Assembly: GCA_951406725.2 (NCBI GenBank)
Contig: OX597825.1
Span: 76,446,001 to 76,510,000, forward strand
DNA: 64,000 nucleotides
Reading direction: 5' to 3'
DNA from: Octopus vulgaris
Lineage: Eukaryota
The notes below the pieces were generated by a model. It was not told the DNA's origin and did no database searches. It worked only from the letters and a program-made list of their open reading frames with translations. The translations under genes were made by a program, and so were the position numbers. The stretch's first letter is position 1; the number at the start of each line of letters is the position of its first letter. Shown piece after piece: positions 27,712 to 41,364 of the stretch.

Positions 27712-29671
27712 ATAGAGAGTTAGTTTAGATGAGATGCAGTTTGGGTTTGTGCCAGGGAAAAGTACTACTGATGCTATATTCCTGGTAAGGCAGCTGCAGG
27801 AGAAATACCTAGCCAAAGATAAGCCCCTGTACCTGGCTTTTGTTGACATGGAGAAAGCCTTCAACAGGGTCCCCCGATCCCTTATCTGGTGGGCAATGAG
27901 GAAACTAGGGATAGATGAATGGTTAGTGAGAGCTGTGCGGGCCATGTATAAGGACACTGCTAGTAGGGTGAGGGTTGGAAACGAGTACAGTGAAGAATTC
28001 CGGGTAGAGGTAGGGGTCCACCAAGGCTCAGTACTCAGCCCCCTCCTATTTATCATAGTCCTCCAGGCAATAACGGAGGAATTCAAGACAGGATGCCCTT
28101 GGGAGCTCCTCTATGCTGATGACCTTGCTCTAATTGCTGAGTCGCTATCAGAACTGGAGGAGAAGTTTCAGGTGTGGAAACAAGGATTAGAATCGAAGGG
28201 CCTCAGAGTCAATCTAGCTAAAACCAAAGTCGTAATCAGTAGGAAGGTAGACAAATCACAAATGCCTTCAGGTTGATGGCCCTGCTCAATCTGTAGAAAA
28301 GGTGTAGGTAGAAACTCTATAAGATGCACCAAGTGTAAGCTATGGACACATAAGAGATGCAGCAATGTCAAAGGAAGGCTAACTAGGAAGATGGTTTTTG
28401 TATGTGGCAGATGCTCAGGAACAATAAACACTGAAAATGCTCTGAGACCAACTTCCGTTACTTTCCAGGGAGAAAAACTAGAAATAGTTGATAGTTTCCG
28501 TTACCTAGGTGACCAAGTCAGCAGCGGGGGCGGGTGTGCTGAAAGTGTAACTGCTAGAGTAAGAATAGCTTGGGCAAAGTTCAGAGAGCTCTTACCTCTG
28601 CTGGTGACAAAAGGCCTCTCGCACAGAGTGAAAGGCAGACTGTATGATGCGTGTGTACGAACAGCCATGCTACATGGCAGTGAAACATGGGCCGTGACTG
28701 CTGAGGATATGCGTAAGCTCGCAAGAAATGAAGCCAGCATGCTCCGATGGATGTGTAATGTCAGTACTCACACTCGGCAGAGTGTAAGTACCTTGAGAGA
28801 AAAGCTGGACCTAAGAAGCATCAGTTGTGGTGTGCAAGAGAGACGTTTGCGCTGGTATGGTCATGTGGCGAGAATGGATGAAGATAGTTGTGTGAAAAAG
28901 TTCCACACTCTAGCGGTTGAGGGAACCTGTGGAAGAGGCAGACCCAGGAAAACCTGGGACGAGGTGGTGAAGCACGACCTTCGAACTTTAGGTCTCACTG
29001 AGGAAATGACTAGAGACCGAGACCTCTGGAAGTGTGCTGTGCACGAGAAGACCCGGCAGGACAAGTGAGTCCATAACCCGTGGCCTTCTACATGGGATGG
29101 AGCCAGCCTACGTATGCATACCTTCCCTTCTTGGGACACAAAACTTTACTTGTGAAGACCTGTTGAGGCAAGTGAGGATCAGAATCGAAATCGATCAATG
29201 GAAATTGCAGATGTGTTACCAGTGCCGGTGGCATGTCGAAACTCTACTTGTGAAGACCCGTTGAGGCAAGTGAGGATCAGAATCGAAATCGATCAATGGA
29301 AATTGCAGATGTGTTACCAGTGCCGGTGGCATGTAAGAGAACCTTCCGTTTCGCGACCGTTGCCAGCACCGCCCCATTTCGTGCCCGTTGCCAGCCTCGC
29401 CTGGCCCTCGTGCCGGTGGCACATAAAAAGCACCATCCGTTTGTGGCCGTTTGCCAGCTCTGTCTGGCACCTGTGCGGGTGGCACGTAAAAAGCACCCAC
29501 TACACTCACGGAGTGGTTGGCGTTAGGAAGGGCATCCAGCCGTAGAAACACTGCCAGATTTGACTGGGCCTGATGAAGCCATCTGGCTTCACAGACCCCA
29601 GTAGAACCGTCCAACCCATGCTAGAATGGAAAACGGATGCTAAACGATGATGATGATGATGATGATGATGA
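27712..29671 (+). mobile_element. RTE LINE, relatively young, 5'-truncated (RT to 3' end)
   Basis: ORFs 27734-28276 and 28391-29068 share a frame, broken by one TGA; QFGF, QGSVLSP, YADD; 3' UTR repeats and (GAT)n tail. Confidence 0.95.
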
Positions 29672-29858
29672 TATATATATGCTGAACTTCTAAAACATAT
29701 AGACATAGGCATGGCTGTGTAGTAAGAAGTTTGCTTCTCAGCCATATGGTTCTGGGTTTAGTCCCACTACATGGCATTTTGGGCGAGTGTCTTCTATTAT
29801 AGCCCCAGGCAAAAACTGAAAGAGGCTTGATGTAAGTGTATGTATGCATGTATGTATA

Positions 29859-29904
<46 letters not shown>

Positions 29905-30629
29905 CACACACACACATATATATACCCATATATATAAATACATATATATACACATATATATATATGTGTATGTGTGTCTATATATATATATATATATATA
30001 CATACATACCTCCGCCTAAAGAATATGAATTTCAGAAGATGCTCAGATAAGAAATTTTGTCTTTTCAACCTCGTTCATCTACTCTTCTATTTCTGTGCAG
30101 GTCATAAACCCCTTGTTAATTCTTTTCATTATTCTATCTGTTTCATTACCATGTAAACATAGTTTCAATAGTTTCGGCTTCTTCGTTGGTGTCTTAAGAC
30201 AAACTTAAGTGCATGCATATTCGTTAATCGTCACATATTCATTTATTCAAGTTTATCACATTGTCACTTATTTCTCTAATTTTGTCACAGATTGGCTGAC
30301 CGAAAATTCTGAGATTTTTCAATTCTATTTCACTATTATCAGCATAATAGTGAAATACTTCATTAAATTATGTTACCCAAAATTCCAAAAGAATATTCTT
30401 CTCTCTCGTGTTCTATCCCTGACCACCCTAACTCTGGACCCTCTCTCTTTGCCTCACTCTGTCTGTCTGCCTGTCTGTTTCAATTACCACTTGCTTCGCC
30501 AACACTTCCCCCTCCTTCCACCCACCCCTACCCTATATAAATTAGCACACGCACTCAGATTTCCCTACTCGATTTTTAATACCTCCCCCGAAAGAATACA
30601 ATCCAGAAGATGCTCTCATCTAAATTTGC

Positions 30630-32705
30630 TAGTTGGCAGTACACCCTCCACCTGTACTGGAAGTTCCTATCCTCTGTCATCCTTTGGTTGTCTCCCATGA
30701 GCACTTCTAAAGGCTTTACGCCATCTCCACCCCTACTTAGGGTTTATCTCCTATGTAAGGTAGTGATCATATAGTGCATAAAAAGTGTATGCAGGTTGAA
30801 AGCTATTGTTTGTTTATGAATTCTGCCAAATGCAAGCTTTTTTTTCAGGTACATGACCTAGCTATCCCCCATCCCAGGGTCTCATGGGCCCACACCTTCC
30901 ACACCCTCAGAGTTGACACACTCAACGTTGGCACACTGAAAGGTAGGTCTGGTGAGATTGTTGAGATGCTTGAATGGAGATGTGTCGATTTGTGCTGCCT
31001 CCAAGAAGTATGGTGGAGAGGAGGTTCCGCTAGGTTCCTTACAGGCAAAGAACACAAGTACAAGATTTTCTGTGCAAGGGACACTGACAGGGTCGGGGGC
31101 GTGGGTATACTTCTTGCAGAGAAATAGATTGATAAGGTAATCGAAGTAGTCAGAGTATGTGACAGAATACTTAAGGTTAGAGTAGTGCTTCATCATGGGT
31201 TAGCTACCATACCTCAACCTATGCCCCTCAGCCAGGGCTACCTGATGGACAGAAAAACCGATTTTATGACATCCTCTTGCAGACTACCTCATTGATAATG
31301 ACAGGGACCTTCTCTTTGTGGCTGGTGACTTCAATGGATATGTTGGACAACATACAGGGGGCTTGCATGGTGTACATGGAGGCTATGGTTTTGGTTCCCG
31401 AAATGAGGAGGGAACAAGGCTACTGGAGTTCTGTGATGCAAATGACCTTATGGTTTGCAATACTAACTTCAGGAAACCTGCCAGTCATCTAGTCACCTAC
31501 CGTTCTGGCAGACACACTAGACAAATTGACATCATCGCCAGAAAAAGGGAAATATGTCTGCTTAAAAATGCCAAAACCTTCCCAGGTGAAGAATGCACCC
31601 CACAGCATAGACTATTAGTGACTTCAGGATCAGGGCTAAATGGATGCCCAGAAGACGACCTGGATGAAGGAGAAGGGTCAGGAAGCTTAAAGATCCTGTG
31701 AATCTGTGAATGGACAGAGATTTAGAGACATATTATTTGAAGCCTTTGATGAAATAGAAGGGTATATAACATCACATGATGTGCAAGACAACTGGAGGTT
31801 TCTATGGGAAAAACTGCTGAGGGCTACTGACCAGATCTGTGGATTGTGCAAAGTCCCTTCTCGACTCAAGGTAATGTGGTGGTTTAACAATGTTGTTGAC
31901 AGGGCTATTAGAGAAAATAAACAAGCTTGGAAGGACTGGAAGAATGGTGGTAGTAGGGAATTGTATCAGACTGCCAGAAGGGAACCTAGGAGACAGGTTT
32001 ATTTAGCCAAAGGGAAAGCAGATAAGAAAAAATTTCCCAATGTTTGTTGCTGTGTAGACCAAAGACTTGAGGTATTTCGTGTTGCAAGACAGTGCGTGAG
32101 AGAGAATTGTGATGTCTTAGGAGAGAAATGTTTCTGCATGGATGATGGCTCACTTGCAATTAATGAGGCTGCAAATAGAGAGACTTGGAGATGCCACTAT
32201 GGAAGGTTGCTAAATGAAGAGAATAAATGGGAGAAAGTGAGCCTGCTGAATGTCAACCCAACAGAGGGACCAGCTATCCAAATTGACAGTACCTTGGTAG
32301 ATAAAGCAATTAAGAGTATGAAGACAGGGAAAGCCCACGGCCCATTAGGAATCACCGCAGAGATGCTCAAAATATTTGGCAGTGTTGGCTATAGCCTAGT
32401 CCTCTGTATAGTTAACCAGGTGATATATGAAGGAGTCATACCCAATGACTGGTGTAGTAGCACATAGTCAACTGCTACAAATGTAAAGGTGATGCTTTAG
32501 ATACAAATAATTACAGAGGTATCAAGTTGTTGGATTAGGTAATGAAGGGCACGGAAAGGGTCATAGCCCAACTAATTAGGGAAAGAGTTAGTTTAGATGA
32601 GATGCAGTTTGGGTTCGTGCTAGGGAAAAGCACCACTGATGCTATATTTCAGGTAAGACAGCTGCAGGAGAAATACCTAACAAAAGATAAACCTTGTATC
32701 TGGCT
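30630..32705 (+). mobile_element. RTE LINE 5' portion (AP endonuclease plus start of RT), degenerate
   Basis: TLNVGTL, CLQE, GGVGIL, AGDFNG, QHRLLV, WWFN, KAHGPLGITAEMLK, NYRGI. Confidence 0.9.
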
Positions 32706-32929
32706 TGCATCCCACAGAATTGGCTCAAAACCGCAGAGTTCAACAAAACAATAATTCCCCCACAGGGGGGAATTGAAAACAAGCTGCTTCAACGAAATAA
32801 TAAACAGTTTTTTAACAAAAACAACTGCAAAACAACCTCAACTTACTGTAACAATACAACAATTCAACAAATGATATAGGAAACACTGGCAAAACGTTCA
32901 AACGACAAAAGACTTGCACTAAGAATAAG

Positions 32930-33910
32930 TTATTTCTTTATTGCTCACAAGGGGCTAAATGAAGAGGGGACATATAACACAAAACTTAAAGATAATTACA
33001 AATAAAATTATAAAAATGATAATATGAAATGAAAATGAAATGTGACAATGGAAATGAGCTGCCTGCCCACCACAAGCAACATCACTTATTCCTTTGGAGT
33101 CCTTTCTTCACGCTGATCCCATATTTTTTCAACAGATCCTCACATTCAGTATTGACCAGTATTTTTTTTTATGTCCTTGTGTATTCTCCATATCTTCACA
33201 CCCTTTTTATATTTTTTCGATTTCCTCCATTTGTGCTTCTGAGATCAGTACACACAAGTGTTTCGGGATATTTTTCACTGTTCACAAATCTTGCTGTTTT
33301 TCAGCTTGCTACTTTTTGAATTAGCTCCATATTTTGTTTGTCGATATGTACGTAATTAACATCGTGGGGAGGGGGGCTCTTTGTTCTTTGTTGTGCATGT
33401 GTTTCTTTTTTTTTTGCTAGTGTAAGAGGGGAAGGGTGGGTTTGGTGTCTGTAGGGAGGAGTGGGTCACAGAGGGTATGGGCTGGGTGGGTAAGGTTTGG
33501 GGTTCCACAATATACTGTTCTTTTTTTCTCTTCCTTTTTCCTTCAGTAATCTTCCATTCATCTTCTCTTTCTTCCTTTTTTCTCTTCTTGCTTCTTTTCC
33601 AGTATCCTTTCTTCCGTCTGCTTCTGCAGAGGGCAGTGTGCTCTAATGTGGCCGTTTTGGCCACATTTAAAACAACGTGGAGTCCTGCCCTCCCACCACA
33701 CTTTCAGCTCCAGGTCTCCTATCCATACCATCTCTGCAAAATTATCTAGAGTCTCCCCTTCTGCCTGTACGATTAGCTCTAATGTTTGGCCTCTCCAAAC
33801 CGAGCCGTCCGTTTTTGTGGCTTGGAGGACGGCTGCTTCTCCACTTCCCAGGAGAACAGCCACCATGACCCAAGCCACATCAGTTTCCAGTAGAATTCCC
33901 TCCACCTTCC
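32930..33910 (-). mobile_element. Tx1/L1-like ORF1-only element fragment (second family member)
   Basis: LKVWWEGRTPRCFKCGQNGHIRAHCP CCHC knuckle; 3' end TGTCCCCTCTTCATTTAGCCCCTTGTGAGCAATAAAG; no ORF2. Confidence 0.7.
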
Positions 33911-33987
33911 CATATAAGTTGGAGTTTATAAAAGACAGAAAAGCAAAAAAGAAAAGAATAAAGAACAGTTCTAAAACAAAAACTTAC

Positions 33988-34072
33988 ATTTTCCTAATTT
34001 TGTTTTCTTATAACATTCTGACTTGCACTCGCCAAAATATATTTCTGAATGATCTGGTTTTCCAACAATTGT
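33988..34072 (-). CDS. Receptor-like gene, coding exon 3 (TIVGKPDHSEIYFGECKSECYKKTKLGK)
   Basis: ttctattttAG acceptor, GTAAGT donor; only the phase 0->1 frame is open; two Cys as in exons 5 and 7. Confidence 0.65.
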
Positions 34073-35169
34073 CTAAAATAGAATAATACAACAAAGTTGA
34101 ACAAAATGCTGTATTTGGAATAGTTTAATGATGATGATGATGATGATGATGATAGTGACCATTATCATTATCCTCATGCTGTAGATCACAATGATGGTAA
34201 AACATATATAATGCACAGCCAGGACTCTGTTTCTCAGCCAAAAATCATTTGAATTAGTCTACACACACATGTGCTCATAAACACAAACATACATACACGT
34301 ACATATACGTATATCCTTATCATCATCATCAACATCATAATCATCATTTAATATCCATGTTTTATGCTGGCATGGGATTAATGGTTTGACCAGATCCAAT
34401 GTGTCTAAGGACTGCATCAAACTACAATGTCTATTTTGACATAGTCTTTCAAGCTGTATACTCTTCCTAACACCAACTACTTCAAAGCATGAACTAGGTG
34501 CTTTGTCCAAGTTGCCTGGGCAACTGACATCGCCATGCAGTCAACAAAACGATATTCAGTCTCACTCCAAGGCACTTTGAGTGACTTCTACTATAGACTC
34601 AAGCTGATCAAAGCCTTGTGAGTGAATTTGGTAAGAGGAAGTAGTGCTGTGTATATATAAGTGTGCCTGAAAGATATATAAATGTGTGTGTGTGTGTGTG
34701 TACGTGCATGTTTGTATGTATGTGTATGTATATATGTATGTATGTATGTATGCATGTATGTATGTGTATGTATGTATGTATGTATGTATGTATGTATGTA
34801 TGTATGTACATGTTTATCTATTTGTTTTTTAAGATTTTTTTTGTGAAGTTGTTTGTTGAAACAGATATTGTTATATTTGGGGATGGTCACCTTTTTCCAG
34901 TTGAACACACACTATTTATTTGATCATCACTTGAGCTTTATTACTTGTCAGACTTCTTTTTGTGGCCTTTCTAATGACTTTTTGTCCTATGTGTCTCTGC
35001 TTGTCCTGCCTATTCCATTTTGTCTTTGTGTATTATGTATCCCTATCTTTGCATGCATTTATGTCTGTATCTGCGTGTGTGTATTTGTGTCCACCTGTTT
35101 AGTACGTGTCTTGTATGTGTGCATATGAGTTTGTGTATTATACAGATGACCCAGCTTGATCTGTAGAAA

Positions 35170-36218
35170 AGTCATAGAAGGTAGTTTTTGTGTGTGGAAG
35201 ATGCACAGGTGCAATAAATGTACAGAAATTAGATTCCATCACATGCCAGGGGGAAGAACTATAAGTAGTCAATAGCTTCCATTGCCTAGGTGACCAAGTT
35301 AGTAGTGGAGGTGGATGTTCTGAAAGCATAGCTGCTAGAATAAGAATAGGCTGGGCAAAGTTCAGAGAGCTTCTACCTCTGCTGGTAACAAAGGGCCTCT
35401 CACTCAGAGTGAAAGTAGATTTATGATGCCTGTGTGCAAATAGTCATGTCATACAGCTGTGAAACATGAGTTGCTGAGGATATGCATAGGCTTGTAAGAA
35501 ATGAACCCAGCATGCTCTACTGGATATGTAATGTTAGTGTGCATACACAACAGAGTGTAAGCATTCTGGGAGTAAAGTTGCATATAAGAAGCATTAGATG
35601 TGGTATGCAAGAGAGATGACTGTGCTGTATGGTCATGTGATGTGTATGGATGAGGACAGCTGTGTGATGAAGTGTTACACTCTAACAGTGGAGGGAACCC
35701 GTGGAAGATACAGGACTGGGTGGTGAAGCATGATCTTTGAATGTTGGGCTTCAAGGACACAATATCAAGTGACCAATGTCGAGTATGCTCACTGACATTA
35801 CACATCCATCAGATCATACTGGCTTCATTCCTTGCGAGCTTACGCATGTCCTCAGCAGTTACAGCTCATGTTTCACTGCCATGTAGCATGGCTGTTCTTA
35901 TACATGCGTCATACAGTCTACCTTTTACTCTGAGCGAGAGGCCCTTTGTCACCAGCAAAGGTAAGAGCTCTCTGAACTTTGCCCAGGTTATTCTTATTCT
36001 AGCAGCTACACTTTCAGCTCATTCTCCCCTGCTACTGACTTGATCACCTAGGTAACGGAAACTATCAACTACTTCTAGTTTTTCTTCCTGGAATGTGACG
36101 GAAGTTGTTCTCTGCGCGTTTTTAGTGTTTATTGCTCCTGAGCATCTGCCACATGCAAACACTATCTTCCCAGTTAGCCTTCCTTTGATATTGTTGCATC
36201 TCTTATGTGTCCATAGCT
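35170..36218. mobile_element. Two RTE fragments in opposite orientation (35170-35770 +, 35780-36218 -)
   Basis: Both cover the LGDQV / WAKFRELLPLL segment. Confidence 0.85.
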
Positions 36219-36830
36219 TGGGTTCTTTCAGTCTCCATCTTCCAAGTTCAATCTTGACTTTGCTTGACCTGGGGCTCTAGTAGTAGACATTTGCCCAAGA
36301 TGCCAAGCAGTGGGACTGAACCTGAACCCATGCAGTTGGGAAGCAAATTTCTTACTGTGGATTGATGCTTGCACCTGCACACACACATACATGCATGCTC
36401 ACACACACACACATAATTTCTTTTCAAGCCATCTTATTAATTTAATATTTATAGTTGACAGAAGTTTTTAATCACATAGTTCAGAGATAAAGCTAGCAAT
36501 AAAGGACAGGAGTTCAAATCCTGTTAGGGGTGAAAATTTTCAAGCTCTTTGAATCTGAATCTAAATTCAAATATAAAGAACATATGCAGTGTCAATGCAA
36601 TTATTAAATACCATTTTCAGCTTATTTCTTTGAAAATAGCATAATTTTTGATGATACAAGTGTACAAGTAGATATGCATGTATGTGTGTGTGTACATACG
36701 AGTATGTGTATGTATGTGTTTGTAAACTTTTTGCATATTTCTACAGCTGGATGCCCTTCCTGACACCAACCACTCCGAGAGTGTAGGGGTGCTTTTATGT
36801 GTCACCAGCACGTAATTGTAATTTACTTAC

Positions 36831-37036
36831 CTCATAGTTATTATACGGATTAACTTTAATAAAACTTGGCTTTTCTCCACTGTTTAATTCAAAATTGGGT
36901 TTGAAACATTTTTGTTTGCTTTGATATGATATGTTGACATATTTATTGTTCAAAGCAACACGAATTGAAGAATAGTTAGCTGTATCAAAACAAACTGTTA
37001 CATCCCAACTTGTGGCCTGGATATCTGCAAAATAGA
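36831..37036 (-). CDS. Receptor-like gene, coding exon 2 (module 1, long half: YFADIQATSWDVTVCF...NNYE)
   Basis: ttcttttttcAG acceptor, GAG|GTAAGT donor, 206 nt open, phase 1->0; an in-frame alternative acceptor starts at 37024. Confidence 0.85.
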
Positions 37037-37200
37037 CTGAAAAAAGAAGAAAATGATTTCAATTTATTTTCAAAACATCTAAAAAGTTTTATAATGTGAA
37101 GTGTTACATAAAAAAAGACTCATATAAAACATTGGAATTGGTTTTAAAAATAACATAAAAATCTGAATAATCATGAAAATCTGAATTCTTCCCACATTTT

Positions 37201-40200
37201 TGTGGAGTAAGCGGGAGATTTGAAGTAAAGTCACCTACCTTCTCTTTGTTGATGCAGACCTCTCTGGCAGTAACGCACCCTTCCACGGGGCCCGACCCGA
37301 ATGCTAAAAATAGCAGCTGCTTTTCCTTTACCTTGTCGAAGCGCCCACACGTCCAGCACTGTCAGCTACCCCATCAAAAAAGCCCAATCATCCCCTGCCT
37401 GCTCACGCGTCACTCCTGCACCCTTCTTCCAGTCAGCTCCCCAGCAACTGACGTCATCCCACACACCACCCTGATCTTAAAGATCACATTCTCTTTATTT
37501 CACATTGAAGTCCACCATCCAACCGGGAGGGCGCCTTGCGCATCGAGATCTTCTCAGGCTAGGCACCTCATTCTCCTCCTCTCCACAATCATCATCCGAC
37601 AAAGCAACAATCCTGCGAAGGCCTAAGACATGTCGCGGCATTCCATCCACGGAGATGTTGTTTCTGGAATTGACCGCCATCACCGTTTCTCTGCTCCATT
37701 GAGACGTACAGCATGCCTTCGGCGGCTTAACTCAGACTTCCTCCCCTATTTTCACATAAGCAGGTCCCTTCTCTCCCTCGTAACACTCCGGCACTTTACT
37801 CAGACACCTCCATTCATATTTAAATATCGCTCTTTGTAGCACAGATTCTTCAGCTTGTCCGGATCGGGGAGACATATTGTACCAGAAAACTGCTTCCAGC
37901 GGCGAAATGTGCCCTCTTTCCGCTATGGCCTTGACTGTCCGCTGGTGCCTCTCTATGATTCTGTTACCACTCAGCCTATACGCTGCTCTGAACAAGCGAC
38001 GCACTTTCCACCAGTCAAGCATATCCCTCAACGCTTCCGTATGAAATGCTGCCCCGTTGTCCATTAGCAGTTCTTCGACAGGACCCCTCTCCAAAAATAT
38101 CCCATTCAAAATCTGCGCAATCTCATCAGCAATGCCTGTTCTCGACTCCCTCCAAATGGCCTGCTGGCCCAGCCCACAGTCGACCATGGAGAGATACATT
38201 CCCTGACGGTAGTGCATCACATCCACAGGTAGCCTCTTCCAGTTGTGCTCCACCGAAAGGTTTCCTTGCTCATGCCCGCATGAAGCAGGGTCAATGGACT
38301 GACACCTGTCACAGCTCCCGACCACTTTCCGGATGCTTCTCCTAGTGACGTCAGCATCAATCTTCTTCGTGAGATACAAGGTCCTTTCCACACCCAAGTA
38401 ATGTCTAGTGTACAGTCTCTTCAGTTCGGAGTCATCCAACCGACACATTGCAGCTATCCCTTTCCATTCCAGCACTGAACGGACAAAATGCCTTGTGGTA
38501 TTTAGTTACGGTCCTCTTTACGATCCATTTTTAATTTTTTTCAGCTATCCCTATCCCTTCTCCAGCTCCTCCAACCACGCCCTTTTCACCATAGTCAGTG
38601 CGTCTGCCCTGCTTCTCTCCGAAGGCATGAAAACCATGATCAGCTTCAGTCCGAACTCAGCAATCAGTTCTCCTAGGACTCCTAGACAGCACTTCATCAA
38701 CATCTCCGTGGCACCTTTCGTCCGAACTCTCCTCTCACCGGTGATCACCGATCCTACCCAGACAAGCACAGTGGCCGAATTCGTCCGGATTTCAATTGAG
38801 CACAGCCCCCATTTCAGGGCCAAGTTCACCCCCTTCAGCACCGTGTCTAATTCGGCGACATTGATGTGGTTAAAGTCATCTGCTTTCCGAAGCGAGGCTA
38901 CGTCCTCTACCTCACCGCCTTCGATCTCCAACACAACCCCTATCGCTATACTGCTAGCATCACACCAGATGGTCCCGCATTCCGTCTTGGGCACATACCA
39001 GTTCCCCCTGACCGGGTCTTCCACTCTTGTCCTCTCTAAGATTTCCTGCATCATCACCACCGTCCCTTCTCTCACCTTGTCGCCCCAACTCTCCCCCTCG
39101 ATCGGGTAGTGACTGACCAACTTCCCACACACCGAGAACAGCTCTCTCCTGCTGACGCTGGGACTCAGCTCTGGGATTTCATTTCCTCTCCTGAACACCA
39201 ACTCACCCAATCTATCTCTTCACAGCTTCAGCCCCAGTGCAGCTCCCCCTTCCATCGGCTCCGGTGGCTTCGCAATCAGTCCGAACTTCTCCAGATGTCT
39301 CACTACCTCGTTGGCTGGCACTACAATTTCGTCCACCAAAATGTCATCTATGTAAGAACTGGTTGCCTTTCTTATCTTGTCCTCTTTCCCTAGGACGGAC
39401 TTAAGCACTGCCGCCATGATCTTCATAGCGGAATTCAGTCCATAATCCAGCCTGGTTAAACAGTACGTTGGGCCCTTGTACCACACCAGCTGATATTGCC
39501 ACAGTTTGTCACTCACATGGAGCTGCAAGTATGCCGATTTCAAGTCGACAATCGTCGCTGCCTTGGTCGACTGTCTCCACACACGTAACATCTCGCCACA
39601 AACGTCCGTCACCTCACCTCCCATGTGGCATGATATATGCTCGTTTAGCTCTCTAAACTCCAGTACTGATCTGACTTTTCCCTTCATCGGCTGCACCACC
39701 GACATCAGAGGTAGCACTCCACCCACTACCTCCACCTCCCACGGGACAAGGACCCCTTCCTCGATCCACCTTTCTACCTCGTCTTCAAACTCAACCCCGG
39801 CGTGGCCTTTCAGGGTATGCTGATAGCAGCTCACCCTGTTTTTCAGCATCTGGGGCTCGTCTTTCCATTGCCACTCTATCGTCCACCGCTGACCATCGAA
39901 CGCCGCCTGAAAATCCTTGTCCTTAATGGTGTAAGCGGCGCAGTCCCTCGCGGGGCTCTGCTCTCTCTGGCGATCCTGACTCACAGTGCACGATACCGCC
40001 ACGCTTCCGAACGTACATCTCCTACAATACTGACACAACTGAGGCGGTTGATGGCGTCCATCCCCATTACCACATCAACCTCGTCAACAACAATTACCTG
40101 CAGCCTTAGCGTCGCGCCTCGCACCACTATCTCTACATTGCTGCATCGGATTTCGCTGCCGTCGATCGCCCAGACGCTACTTGCCCCATTCCATTTCTTC

Positions 40201-41364
40201 GTCACAAGAGTGGTCGTGCAACCTGTATCCACGAGGGCCTTGAACGACTTACCCTCGGCCTCGACATCAATTAAGGGCAGCGTCTCCAAAAGCATCTCTA
40301 CTCGTTTGCGGGGAAAGTTCGAGAGGCAGCAACTTCCCCACGGTCGTTTCCCTGGTCGCAATCACGGGCGATGTGCCCTGTCTGCCTGCATCGATAGCAG
40401 ACGGGCCTCGGTTGCATACACTTCCTCGCCATGTGCGACCCCTGACATCTAAAACACCGGCCTGAGAACGGCCGTTGTCATTGCAAGGTAGGCTTCTTCG
40501 CGTCTTTCTCCGGCCGTCGTCCGTCTTTATGCTCCTCCGTTACCGCCATCGCTATTGCCTTCCGTCCAGTGTTTTGCATCAACATGCGGGCTTGAGTCTC
40601 AAGTTCACTCAGCGCCATCTTTTTACCCCCGGGCAATTGCTGCAGTCGAATCCCTACATCGTCAGGCAACCCACTTACGAACGCCAGTCGCGCTGCTCTG
40701 TCCAGGCTTTCTCCTGTAAACCCAGCCAGTGTGGCCAGCCTGCGCACCCCCATCGCGTATTCATCCACCTGCTCTCCCATCCATCTAATCGTGCCCAGCT
40801 TAACAAAGGCTGTATATTCATACTCGGTGTAAGACTCTCTCAGACGTCGCTCAATCTTCTCCTCACTCAGATTTTCTTCTTCGTCCATCTCGAGATACAG
40901 AGTCAACGCGCTCCCTTCCAAATATAGTGCCATAAGGCTCACCACATCGCTAATGCCTTGCAATCTCGCCACAAGCCTGATTTTACGCATCCAGGCCACT
41001 ACATCGCCCTCACCATTAAAGGGTCTGATAACGTCGCTGGCGATCCTGATTTTAGCTGCCATCGTGGTGACGTCTTATGTGGAGTGCCAAAATAGTTTGT
41101 GGTGTAAGCAGGAGATTTGAAGTAAAGACACCTACCTTCTCTTCTCTCTGGTGGTAACGCACTCTTCCACGTAGCCCGACCCGAATGCTAAAAATAGCAG
41201 CTGCTTTTCCTTTACCTTGTCGAAGTGCTTATACGTCCAGCACTGTCGGTTACCCCGATCGAAAAGGCCCAATCCTCATCTGTCTGCGCGCACGTCACTC
41301 CTGCACCTTCTTCCGGTCATCCCCAAGCTCCAGCCAGCTCTCCAGCTGCTGACGTCATCCTACA
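37201..41364 (-). mobile_element. Full-length degenerate Ty3/Gypsy LTR retrotransposon
   Basis: LTRs 37201-37463 and 41098-41364 (TG...CA), 5-bp TSD ATTTT, PPT AAGATCAGGGTGGTG; gag 40478-41062, PR (ALVDTG), RT (YIDD), RNase H (WCDAS), IN (37732-38475) in Gypsy order; stops and frameshifts. Confidence 0.95.
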
